The notes under the pieces: model-generated | What the model saw: only the letters and a program-made list of their open reading frames with translations | What the model was told of the DNA's origin: nothing | The model's database searches: none | Program-made: the position numbers and the translations under genes | Shown here: piece by piece, positions 1 to 16,145 of the stretch | How the letters are laid out: every line of letters starts with the position of its first letter | Numbering within the stretch: position 1 is the first letter of the stretch | Origin: Salpingoeca rosetta | Lineage: Eukaryota > Protista > Choanoflagellata | DNA: 64,000 bases | Assembly (NCBI GenBank): GCA_033442325.1 | Contig: JAWQFM010000001.1 | Coordinates: 984,779 to 1,048,778, forward strand | Reading direction: 5' to 3'

Positions 1-3701
<3,701 letters not shown>

Positions 3702-4649
3702 TCCTCGTGTGTGTGCGTGTGTGTGCGTGTGTGTGTGCTTGACAGTTCATGTGAGTGTACTTGCCGTGGGATGAAAAATATCCATCGTGTGCTCGTGTAC
3801 CCCTACTTACCATCTGCTTGTGTTGCACGATCAACACCAGACCCTCGTCGCACATATGCCAACGAAAGGCACTGATGATGATACAGATGCGCGGCGTTGT
3901 GACGCTACATTTCATCCCTCTTCAGCTGGCACATGGTTGTGGCTTTGGTTACAGCATGTGTATGTGTGTGTGCATTTCTCCATGTGCATGTGTGTCTCGT
4001 GAGCCATAGTTCATGCGTTTACATCAACGGCCATTGGCTGCGTCTCATTGACATCTGTGCCAACATTACACGCACACAGATATGTTTCCGCTCGTTTTCA
4101 CCATGTGCGTTCCGCTGCAGCCTTTTTCAGCGATTGCTGTATGTTAGCCTCTCTTCCACCGTGGTGCACGTGTACCTGCTGCATTGTTCGTAAGCTTAGC
4201 TCCGGCGCTTGTGTTGTGCTTTAACTGCATTTGTTCCCGCCCGCACCCACTCTGCAGCAACTTGCTTGTTGGGATTCAACATTGTTGAAAAAAAAAACAT
4301 AGAGAACGCGTTGGGCTGGTTCCACATCGTAATGACACGTGAAGCACAGAGGGTTACCGAACGCGCAACACAGCGCTGGCTTGGGCATGTGGTGCAAGCA
4401 AACACAATGGCGAATCAAACGGCAAAGCAGGGAAGAAGGGAGCAAGCGGGTAACCGGCACCCGGCACGAAGCGTCCGCAGAACACCGAAGCAACGAACAG
4501 GTGTACCGTCATGTCATGCAACAACAGCGTGACTACAAGGTCAAATCACAGAAGAACACACGCGGAAGTATCACTTGGGGGACATGTGGCCAAGCGGAAT
4601 AGAGACAACCAGCTGTAATGGAACTTCCTTTTCAGGGACTTGGATGCGG

Positions 4650-5075
4650 TTAAGCCATGCCGTCCGCATTGTACGCCTTTGCTGCTTGCATCAGCTTGAT
4701 TGCTGGCCCAATCTTCACACCCGCCTCTTTGAGCAGGTGCTTTGTCAAATCTCCCTCAATCACCGCCTCCACCAGCACCTCCAGCGAGTCAATGCCGTGC
4801 TCCACAAGCGCCGATTCGACGTGCGGTAGCAGTGAGTGCTGCTGGAGCCACGCCGTTAGCGCAGGCTCCAACGGGGACGAAGGCAAGAATGAGGGCGATG
4901 GGGTTGCAGATAGGAGCGCAGCAGGAGACGAAATCGTGGTGGGCGACGAGGACTGCAGACACAACCCGACGAGACGAGGGCGAGGGGAATGAAACACTGT
5001 GAGCTCGAAGCAGGAGGAACAGGAGCAAGCTTGCAACCCTGCGAACAACCCAACAGCACACACACGCACACAGAC

Positions 5076-5106
<31 letters not shown>

Positions 5107-5127
5107 GAGACAGACAGACAGAGAGAC

Positions 5128-5164
<37 letters not shown>

Positions 5165-5329
5165 CCCACCCACACAGACCGACACCCACCCACACCCACC
5201 CACCCACACCCACACCCACCCACCCACACCCACACCCACCCCCCCCCACCCCACACACACACACACACACACACACACCACCACCACCACCACCACCACC
5301 ACCACCCACCACCACCACCCCCCCCCCCC

Positions 5330-5366
<37 letters not shown>

Positions 5367-6220
5367 GTGCCACGGAAGCGATTGGGCTTGTTGGCGTGAC
5401 TGGCATTAGTGCAGGTATTGGCTGTGGTGTCTGATGCTGCAGTTGGGCCATGTGTTGGCCAGCTGCACTGCTGGCATTGCATGCCGCCACTGCCCTGCGC
5501 ACGTGCTCTGCCATCCTCGCTGCATCGGCCGCTCGGTCATGCTCACTTTGGAACGACACGACGCCGTCCACGTCAAACAACGACAGAACCACTTCGCGCA
5601 CGCTCTTGTGCTGCCGTGGTGGCGGCATGTGCAGCACGTGTGTGAAGTACTCGTCGAGCGCTGCTGCCGTCTTCTCGCTCACAACATCTGGCAGCTTCGT
5701 TGCCAGCCGCTTCATGCGGTCAAATGAGTCATACTCGCTCACTTCTGCCGCGCTCATGGCGTGGCTGCTGCTGTCGTGCCAGCCACTGCCAAGGAAGAGC
5801 GGAACAATGCGGCGAAGGCGGATCTTGTCTGATTGCTGGTGCACGAGCTGCTGCAGCTCCAACATCGCCATCCACTCCAGCAGCACGTTGTCGCACGCGT
5901 CATCGTAATCGAGCGAGCGCATCTGATGAATTGCCGCGACAGACACAACGGGGGAGGCAACAACGCTGTGCTGGATGGCCTGAATGCACGCGTGCTTGAA
6001 GTTAAGGCCCGTCTCCAAGTTGTTGGCATCCATGAACGCAACCAGCCCATGGTGCTCCAGCTTCGGGTGCAAGGCCAACGCCAGACCTCGATTGCCGCGT
6101 TGTCTGTGGCATGTTTGGGGGAGGGGATTTGCATGTAAGGATGTGTCGAGTGAGGGGCAAGCAGGGTGAAACAGACGATGAGCAGGCAGTTGACACACAC
6201 ACACATCCACACACACACAT

Positions 6221-6300
<80 letters not shown>

Positions 6301-8741
6301 CACAAGCACAAGCACACACACACACCTGTAGCTGATGAATACGTCGTACTTGTCCTGCAGACCGAGAATGGGCAGGAGGGGGCCATACTTGGCGACCAGA
6401 TCATCCGGTGGCAGCAAGTCTGAGCGGCCAACGCGAAGCACCCTCTTGTTCGTGTGGTGAAGCAGCACATCCTCAAAGAACAGCAATGTGCTCTCGTCGT
6501 ATGGCACCAACAGCTTGGCCTTGAGGTCAGGATAACGCTGCTTGGCAGCCGCTGTGATGGTGTCGTACAGCATGTGCAGCAATGTGCGAGGGCGTGCATT
6601 CGTGATCTTCACCTTGATGCCACCAACATCCGGCACAAGCTGCAGCTCGATCTCAGCAGCATCCATGAAGATCACGGCGTCCGTGCGGCTCAACATGGGC
6701 GGCTCCGTTGCACCGTGCTGCATGTGTGCCATCACGCGTGCCAACACCATCGCGAACAGCCCCTCTGGCAGGAAGGAGGCTCGCTGGAGGTCTGCAAGCT
6801 GAGCACTCGTGCCCCTTTTCAACCCCTCCAAGCAGAAGGCGACGTACACCGTTTTCTCCTCATACCCAACATAACAGTTGATTTGCTTTGCTGCTGCCGT
6901 GCTCAGCGTGACTGATGACGCCTGTTCATCCTCCAAGGTCATCGGCAGGATTGCTGGGACGAGGTACTGTTGGTGGTGTTGTTGTTGCTGTTGGGGACCG
7001 GGGAGCAGCACCATTGGCGCCGTGTACTGGATACACAGCCCATACTCCATCATGAGGCGCAGGAACGGGTCAATCAAGTTGCTGTCCACGTCTCTCCACA
7101 GCACATCAAGTAAACGACGGTGCAGGATACCGCGGTCAACCAGGTCGTCCCACAGCTGCGCGCCAATGGCCCTCGCCTCGCCATCACGCACATCACGATG
7201 CAGGTCAAAGTTGCGGATGACGCGCGTCATCATGTCCACCGCCCACTGCGGACTCAGGATCACAAAGTCCTCCATGCCTGGCACGCTGTCGTAGTACAGC
7301 ACCATGGAGTACAGGTGCAGGAACTGCAAACAGGCCCTCGTCTCCTGGCGTGTGCGCAGCCCACACGTGTGCGCAATCTGCACCACCTCGTCAAAGGTGA
7401 GCAGCAGTCGCTTCTCGTCGCGGGCGATGGCGTGGAGCTTGTCGTAGAGGTGGAGGTATGGCACAGCCACCTCCTGGCTCACGTACTCCTGCGCCAGTGC
7501 TGTGGAGGAGATAGTCTGGCGCAGGTCCTGGATCATGGGGTCATGGATGGACTTGGTGTTGTCGACGGGCCAGAGCCACAGATTGTGTTTGTAGTTGTAC
7601 ACAACGGAAGGGAAGGCCGGGTTGTGGCGCAGGCGACTGTGGATGTCACGGGATATGTTCTCGTGCTGCTTTCTCTGGCTGACCACATCAGCGAAGGTGC
7701 CGACGATGAGGACGGGTGCGCCCTTTGCATGGAGGTGGAGGGAGGAGAGCCAGTGCTCCATAAACTCCCACGATTCAGCCCGCTTGCTCTCGGCTTGGTG
7801 CAACAGGTCCTCCATTGAGAACACCAGCAGGTACACCGCGTACCTGGTGGGTGGGATGCGGGTGTATGGAAGGAAGGTGTGGGTGGGTGAGTGGGGTGAG
7901 GAGGGGCTAGGATGAGTGGAAGTAGGGTGAAGGGAAACATGTAAGCATACTGACACACACACACACACACACACACAGAGCACATACAAATACATCCCAC
8001 TCACTTGGTGAGGAAGAAAGGGTGGAAGATGTAGAAGGTGGACTGGCCGCCCAGGTCAAAGATTTTGAACGTGACCCTGGCTTTGCCCTCGCCCATGACG
8101 GCGTCCACATTGAACTCCTTGATGGCCTTCTCAATGTCCTCCGCAGACATGCCGGGAGCAGCCGTGGTGACGAGTGCATGCTTGGAGCTTGAGGTGGTGA
8201 ACGATGCCGCCTGTGCTTCATTTGATGGTGCTGGGACATTCGATCGCAGACCAGCCCGTGAAGGCAGTGGTGATGGCGGTGAGGACATGCTTGGGTCACC
8301 GCGCCCGTGAAGAAAAGGGTCAGGGTGCACCTCACTGTTGTCTGGGAGGCCACGTCTGCCCAGCCAGGCAGGCGCGTTTGGATGACCTTCGTCGCCGCCA
8401 CCATGGCCGCTTTGCTCGTTGCTGAGCAGTCGTCGCTGTTTGCTCAGCTGTGGGACAGCACGATCTTCGTCCTCTTCATCATCATCGTCATCATCATCCT
8501 TCACCTGTTGCTGCTGCTTGAGCCGTTGTTGATGCTCCTTCATCGCTTTCTTCATGGTCACCTGCATGGATGCGTCCATGCCAGACATCCTTGCAAGGGC
8601 TGTGCTCAGCAACGAGCGCATGTACTCGCTGAGGTCGCTCCGAAGGTGCTGTTGTGATATGGCGGTATGCAAGTGTTCTGATGAGCCGAAGCGTGCTTCT
8701 TGCGAGCAAGCAGGACAGACAGACAGACAGACAGGCAGGCA

Positions 8742-8784
<43 letters not shown>

Positions 8785-10415
8785 GCACACACCTGCCAGT
8801 TGAAAACCTCCATGGTTTCGACGCTCACGGACATGTCCATGCTGTCGGCACCAAGCGTGGAGTGCTCGTGCATGTTGAACTTCTTGCCCATGAGGGAGTT
8901 CAGAGTGGTGGTCTTGCCCGCACGCCCCTCACCAACCAGCATCAGCTTGGCACGCCCTGCCGTTTGTGCATCTGAGTTCTCTGCAATCTGGCGCATGGCC
9001 GCCATCACCTCCGCTTCACGCTGCTGCTGTTTCTGTTTCTGGTGACACGCAGAAACAGCAGGGAGGTGAGCGACAGTGATAAACACAACCACATACATGC
9101 ACAAACCACACGCACACACAAAACCAGCAGAGGCGGCAAGCACATGACAGCACTGCCACGAACCTCGACGTCTTGAGCAGCACTCACGTCGCTACTGTCG
9201 TTGTTGTTGTCAATATCACCATTGTCATTGGGAGCATTACCGCCATTGTCAACTGGCTGCTGCTGCTGCTGCTGTTGTTGTGTTTCATCTTCTTCTTGTT
9301 GCCGTTCTTCCGCCTCTTGCTCTTGTCCTCCTTGTCCTTCTTCTTGTCCTTGTCCTTCTGCGCCCTGCTGTTGTTCCTGCTTCGGTTGCACTGTCTGTAC
9401 CTGCGCTGGTTCGGGGTGTTGCGGCTCGCTTTGTTCATGCACTGCTGGCTGCTGTTCTTTTTCGTGTTGATTGGATGGCAGCAGGTCTGTTTCCACGCTT
9501 GACTTCGTCTGCTGCTGTTGCCCTCCCTCGTTTGACGAGTGGTCTTGCGGTTGCGGCAGAGACGCTGTGTCTGCGTGAGTGCCCGAAGGCTGCGGTTTGG
9601 CATCTGCCTGTGTCTGCACCGTCATCGTCGTCGTCTCCTCCTGATGCCCCTTTCCGGTTCGTGCCTCCCAGAAAGCCTTCCTCTCCTCCTCCGACAATCT
9701 GGTGAATGTCAGCAGAACACAAGGGCAGAGGATGGTCAGTATCATTTGCGGATGCACGATGCGGTGGGCGAGCGCGACTTCGCAGCCCGATCACCACCAC
9801 CACCACCACCACCACCACCACCACCACCACCGCCGCCAGTACTCTTGCAACTCATTGCAGTGTAGCACATACACACGCGCAGCAGCTTACCCCTCGCACT
9901 CAATCTCTCGCTCGTCGGACAGCGCAGTGCCGAATGCACGCACAGCTTCGACGCTGTTCCCCCACATCCTGCATGGGAGCAACACCCCACGAACGGGGAG
10001 GGGTTGTGAAGTGAACTCGAAGGTACAGGAGTAAACCAGAAGCACATGCGGATAAATGTAGCGGGATTGTGATCATTTTCTTCGCCAAGAACGAGCGTAC
10101 GTGATGTGAGTGAAGGACTTGTTCGCGTTCATTGCTTCTGCAAGGGCACGGCCGCCCGCAGCTCCGACGTGATTGCAGTTGATCCTGTCGGGAGAATCAC
10201 GCGCATGAGTGTCAAGTGTGGGTGAGCGCATATGCAGAAGCTCCTGCGGTGCAAGGCATGATGTTCAGGCACAAAAGAGAGGCGGAACAGGCCACGGGGC
10301 AACTTACCGCGCCGAGCACAAGCTGGTGCTCGTTTGGATCGCACGGGCAAAGGCGACTGCGCCGTCGTCACCGATGTTGTTCTTGTACAGACTGTACACC
10401 AAGCAATCCCCGTCA

Positions 10416-10489
<74 letters not shown>

Positions 10490-12232
10490 AGAAGCACAAT
10501 GGCGAGAGTGAGGCTCAGAGAGTTGGTTGGTGGAACATGAGGGCAGTACAGCTTCTATGCATTGGGCGTGAGAGAGGAAGGAAGGGGAGCATTCGAGAGA
10601 CAACATGGCTGGTATGTGTCATACCTGACCCATCGCAAGCGAGGGTGATTTGCGATGGCATCAGCGAGAGCAATGACGCCTGTGTCGCCCAAATGGGTGT
10701 TATCGAGGCTGTCGCACCCATGACGAGAGTGCAAGTTGGTGTTAGCACGAGAACGGGGTGTTGAGTGGATGTATGATGACAAACGAGCGTCCTCATGGGA
10801 GCGTGCACGCGTGCAAATGCACGATGGCAAACTCTCTCCCAAAACAAAGCCAAGCGAACATGTGGGGGTGAAGCATTGGCAGACAGGCCAGCGTCACTGA
10901 CTCAAGGTTCACGATGCAGGTGTTTGCCTTTAGGGCTTGGGCCAATGCCTTTGCTTCTGGCTCGCCAAGGCGGACACCATCAAAGCTGATTCAAAGAGGG
11001 GGGGGGGTGTATGGGAGTGTCAGTGAGTGAGTGAGTGAGTGAGTGAGTGAGTGAGTGAGTGAGTGAGTGAGTGAGTGAGTGAGTGAGTGAGTGAGTGTGT
11101 GTGTGTGAGTGAGTGAGTGAGTGAGTGAGTGAGTGAGTGAGTGAGTGAGTGAGTGAGTGTGGCAACAACGAGCGAGCACGCACTGGTGTATAGAGCAGAC
11201 AATCACGTGAAGCCATAAAGTAGCCCCTCAACGTTGGTGTCCAACTCACAAGACAGCAGCGTTGCAGGTGTTGGCAGAGATGGATCTGAGCTTGGACATG
11301 GTGGCTTCGTTCAAGTCGCTTTCGCTTAGGGCCTTCTCAAGATCTGCAATCTGCAGCCCAGCCAGATGCGCAGCAGTGCCAGGGTTGACGATGAGGGTGG
11401 TCACATAGGTGCAGCGTGTACGTCCGCGAATATGAAGCACGCGTGTGTTGAGGCCAGCCATATCATGTCACAACGAACAAGCAATGGGGTCTTACTTGCT
11501 GTTCCGGCCCTTCGGTCATCGTTTGGGCTCGCGCGTTTTTGTACGCATTCAGTTCTTCCGCAGCACTGCGATGCCAACGACATAGCGCAATGCCGCGTGA
11601 GCACGACCCGCAGCCCATCAATGTACCAGGCGTGACATGCACATACACATGCGCGCACAAATCCACAAAGTCTGCACACACACACTCACACGCGCACAAA
11701 CCCACAAAGTCTGCACACAGGCACTCTCATGCACACACACACACACACACACTTACACACGCACACAATGAAAAGCAAACACAGGCGAGCGTACAACTCG
11801 ATGACGACTTGACGGTTCGGTGGGAGTGCGCGACCAAAGGCAGCAGCCGTCTCCTTGCCGTTCCCTTGCAGACTGGTGGTGTTCCCAAACAACACGCACA
11901 CACACATGAATGGGGGAGAGTATAGCAGATGAGCACGAAGAAGACACGCGCGCAGAGCGCGACAATGGCGGCATGATGCAGCACAGCAACCAGCGACACA
12001 CCTCAGCTGTTGGAGGGTTTTGTTGGTGTGGAGCGCCAGGCCGAGAGTCCTGCCACCGTTTGCCGTGATTCTGTTCTCGTAGAGACTGCGTCCGCGCGGG
12101 AGCACGCCACACAATAGACGATCATGTGGCGGGAGGAGTGAGAACAAAGCAGACAAATTAGAGCCATGATGATGATGATGGTGATGATGATGATGATGAT
12201 GACGATGATGAAGATGATGATGATGATGATGG

Positions 12233-12298
<66 letters not shown>

Positions 12299-12800
12299 CT
12301 GATGGTGATGATGATGATGATGACGACGACTCATACAGCCAGGTAACTGATTACCGACACAGCTGGGTCGCAGGTGAGCAGTACCAGTGGCAAGGGTCAT
12401 GTGCTTACAGGAGGTGACTCAAGGTCGAGTTGTCCTGAAGTGCACGTGCGAACGCTATGGCGCCTTTGTCCCCGATGCGGTTTCGATCCACACTGCATAT
12501 GGGGGACAAGCAAAACGAACGGAGAAGTTCAGGATAGCATGTCAGAAAAAAAACATGGTTTCGGTTCCATGTACGTGTGCGTTTGTGTGATGTGAGTGAG
12601 TAAGTTAGTTGTGACGCGCGAGAGAATGACTGCAGTGGCATGTACGATTCAGGACAACCAGCACAGCAGGTAGCCTGGTCAGCGTGCTTGCAATTGCAGT
12701 ACGTACAACATGACTTTGAGAGACGTGTTGGTTTTCATTGCATTCGCAAGCGCGTTCGCGCCAGGGCGGCTGATGTAGTTCGAGCCAAGCCTGTGAGTTG

Positions 12801-12881
<81 letters not shown>

Positions 12882-13317
12882 TGATGCGGCATCATCGTGT
12901 GAGATAGGTGGAGTTCACACGCGGCTGTGGGATGCGAGCGCATGGCAAGTCCAGTGCAGAACGTGAGATGGACATACAAGATGCGCTCGAGGGTGTTGTT
13001 TTTCCTGAGTGCGCCTGCAATGGCCATGGCTCCCTCATCTTGGACGTTGGCGCTTTGAAGGCTGCAGTCGTGATGCGAATCCGGAGGGGCGGTTCAAAAA
13101 GCAAGCAGGGAACACACGCGTGAGCAAAATTTTCATCCACCCACGACCAAGTTTATCGCACACGCATACACACAACCATACACACACACACACACACACA
13201 CATAAAGGCATGTGGTTTAGAGGCTCACCTGAGCCTGAGAAGCGACGTGTGGTGTTTGAGTGCAGCGGCGAGAATGGCAGCACCGGTTGGCCCGAGCCGC
13301 GTTCCATCCAACCTAAT

Positions 13318-13388
<71 letters not shown>

Positions 13389-14218
13389 AAATACACACAC
13401 AGACAGACACACACACACATAAACGTGAGTAAGCGGGCAACCAACGACATGTTACGTTATGCCATGTGAACTTCCTTGTTGTGAGTGAGGTTGCTGCGGC
13501 AAGGACAAAGACTGTACCCCCAAACCACAACATCACGGCTGTTGGTGTGTCATGCCAGGAACATGAACTGCAATCACTCACTCAAGCTCTTGTAATCGGC
13601 CACTGTCCCTGAGTGCAAGGGCGAGAACGCGGGCGCCCTGTGTGTGGAGCGGCGTGTAATTCAGACTGGCAGTGGTGCCACCACAATTGTAAGTGCGAAA
13701 GGGGCGAACGAGTGAGGCCATGAAGTGTGGGCGAGGGATCAGATTGCAGAGATTGTGCAACAGGCAGCAGTGCTTGCTGTGAGGGAGCGCATGCAACTGT
13801 ACTGATCACTTACTCAGCGGCGGCACAATTGTTCTTGGCAATGGCTTGAATGCTGCGTCTTGTCTTTGGCTTCAGGGATTGCTGCTTCAGCATGGCACCC
13901 AGGTTGTCCCACTGATGTCAGACAAGAGAGCACGTGAGCAAGCACGCAAAGGGCAGGGTCAGCATGTTGACAAGCCCATGAGCAAGATGGTAAGCTGGTA
14001 AATGTTTCCAGAGAGTTGTGGAATTCAAGACGGGATGGATGGACGCACGTTGAGGTGGTGCGTTCTCTTCTCTTCTCGGGCATCGTCGAGAGCATCCCGT
14101 TCATCATTGCTGAGACTGAAGGCGAACCACAAGCGTTTAGTTGGTGAGGCAGTGGGGCACAGAAAGTCAAAAAGCCAAGCATAGCAAGAAACACACACAG
14201 ACACAGACACACACACAG

Positions 14219-14249
<31 letters not shown>

Positions 14250-14527
14250 AAAGAGGGTGGATGGTGACCTGGATCACGTGTTGTTCTCAACTCACTCATT
14301 GCATTGCATCATGCGCTCGGGTGGCAGCGCGGCGCCAAATTCCCGGATGGCGTCGATGCTGTTGCCCCACAACCTGCACATGAGTACGAAGGCATGCGCA
14401 AGTGGTGAGGGTGAGAGCAAAGAGGAATCACAGCGCACACAAGACAAAAGGAACTTCGACAGTGCAAGGCGTAAACATGTGTGTGCATGCGTGTATGCGT
14501 GTGTGTGTGTGTGTGTGCATGCGTGTA

Positions 14528-14565
<38 letters not shown>

Positions 14566-14684
14566 CGCAATTTGCCAAGCACGATCAGCAACGCACGTAA
14601 TTTGGGTGAGTTTGCTGTTCTTCTCCATTGCCGTTCCCAGCGCGCGGCCGCCATCGGGCCCAATGTTGTTGCAGTTGAGCCTGC

Positions 14685-14780
<96 letters not shown>

Positions 14781-14947
14781 ACATCGGGGGGTCAGGCACG
14801 TAGCAGCGTTATCGCAGGGAAGAGCGTCAGTTGTGCGTCTCCACAGCCCCACAGACACGTGGGCATGCAGACAGGTCGCTATACGGACCCTCGCACACTC
14901 ACGCACACATACACAGACAGTTTAATGTGCAGATAGACACACGGCCA

Positions 14948-14988
<41 letters not shown>

Positions 14989-16145
14989 CTGCACACACAC
15001 ACACACACACGCACACACAATCACACCTGATGACGTATAGAGAGTTGTTCTGCTGGAGCGCTGCTGCAAATGACCCGGCACCTTCATCGCCAATGTCGTT
15101 GTTGAACAAGCTTTGGTCGCAGAATGCCCAATAATGTTGGATGGATGCATTGGTCAGCACAATTGCGTACGTGAGCATGATCGTGAGCGTGTGCGAGTCA
15201 AGCAGTATGCGAGTTGGCGGCTGCTGCAAACGAGTTGGCATGACATAGCACCTGCAGCATGCTCATCGTACCTGAGCCACTGCAGGGACGTGTGGGTTGC
15301 GATGGCATCTGCAACCCTGGCAGCACCTTGGGGCCCCAAGGTATTGTTGTCCAAGCTGTCATTGAAGCCGCGTTGAGGAACCGAAGCGACACATGTCAGG
15401 TCATGTGTGCACGAGTCCACACGCAAACACACAATGACACACAAACATACACATACATGCACACAAATGCCACTTATACACACACATGCACACTCTTACA
15501 CCCACACACACATACATACATACACACATTGACATGCACACACACACACACACACAAACACACACGTGCACACTAAGAAGGGGCAAAGTAGACAAGGGGG
15601 AGCTGAGAACACACGATGTCCCTTCTTCAAGTGGTGCAAGCCCACGTACTTAAGCCTTTCGAGGTTGGTGTTGACGGAGAGGGCCACGGCCAAGGCACCA
15701 GCGCCTGTGGGGCCAAGCGAAGCGCCCTCCAACCTGTGTTGGCAAAGTGTCGCGTGCAGGGTGCAGGCCGCGTGTGCAAAAAGACGCGTGTGAGCTGGCA
15801 GCGTTGGGGAAAGTCAAAGACAGAGCAACAGTGTGCTGCAGTGCACAGATCAACAGCCATGATAAGGAACGGGTGGATGCTTGAGCAGTTCGTTGGTTGT
15901 TCGCTTTGCGGGAGCACTCGTCCAGCGTCGGCTTACGAGATACGTGCAGCGCAGCTGCCGTTGGCTATTGCTTCGATGAGCTCCTTGTCCCGCTGTTTGA
16001 GGTGAGGAGCTTCCGCAAGCGCTTTTCGCACAGCATCTTCCTTCTCATCCTTCTCATCCTTTGCCAGAGACGTTGTTGGAGCGTGGGAGACTACTGGATG
16101 CTCCTTGGTCTCTCCCCCTTTGCTGCTTTTGTCGGTGGTCGACAT
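4650..16145 (-). CDS. LRR-Roc-COR-TIR-SAM ROCO protein, 28 exons, ~1979 aa
   Basis: Exons 15937-16145, 15650-15733, 15272-15355, 15027-15110, 14597-14680, 14296-14373, 14049-14115, 13814-13911, 13582-13665, 13229-13312, 12978-13061, 12707-12790, 12409-12492, 12002-12085, 11795-11872, 11496-11565, 11250-11350, 10902-10985, 10625-10708, 10308-10391, 10101-10184, 9891-9968, 9164-9698, 8793-9038, 8005-8648, 6326-7843, 5365-6103, 4650-4952. All are GT-AG and phase-compatible, summing to 5940 nt. RI-like LRRs (LxxNxIGDxGAxAxAxAL). Roc: KLMLVGEGRAGKTT, DLGGQSTF, PVLIVGTFAD. COR: LQFLHLYSMVLYY..VILSPQW. TIR: YDVFISYR..FMD..DNVLLEW. C-terminal SAM-like: WLQQHSL..LVEHGIDSLEVL..LKEAGVKIGPAIKL. Confidence 0.88.
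11022..11160. repeat. (GAGT)n tetranucleotide microsatellite in ROCO intron
   Basis: Directly visible gagt repeats. Confidence 0.95.
12166..12330. repeat. (GAT)n trinucleotide microsatellite in ROCO intron
   Basis: Directly visible; lies between LRR exons 12409-12492 and 12002-12085. Confidence 0.95.

Noticed and set aside
4789-8004. 1071-aa single ORF as a complete intronless gene
   Set aside because: It reads through in-frame microsatellite introns ([11 protein letters not shown] stretches). The real gene splices at 7843, 6326/6103 and 5365/4952.
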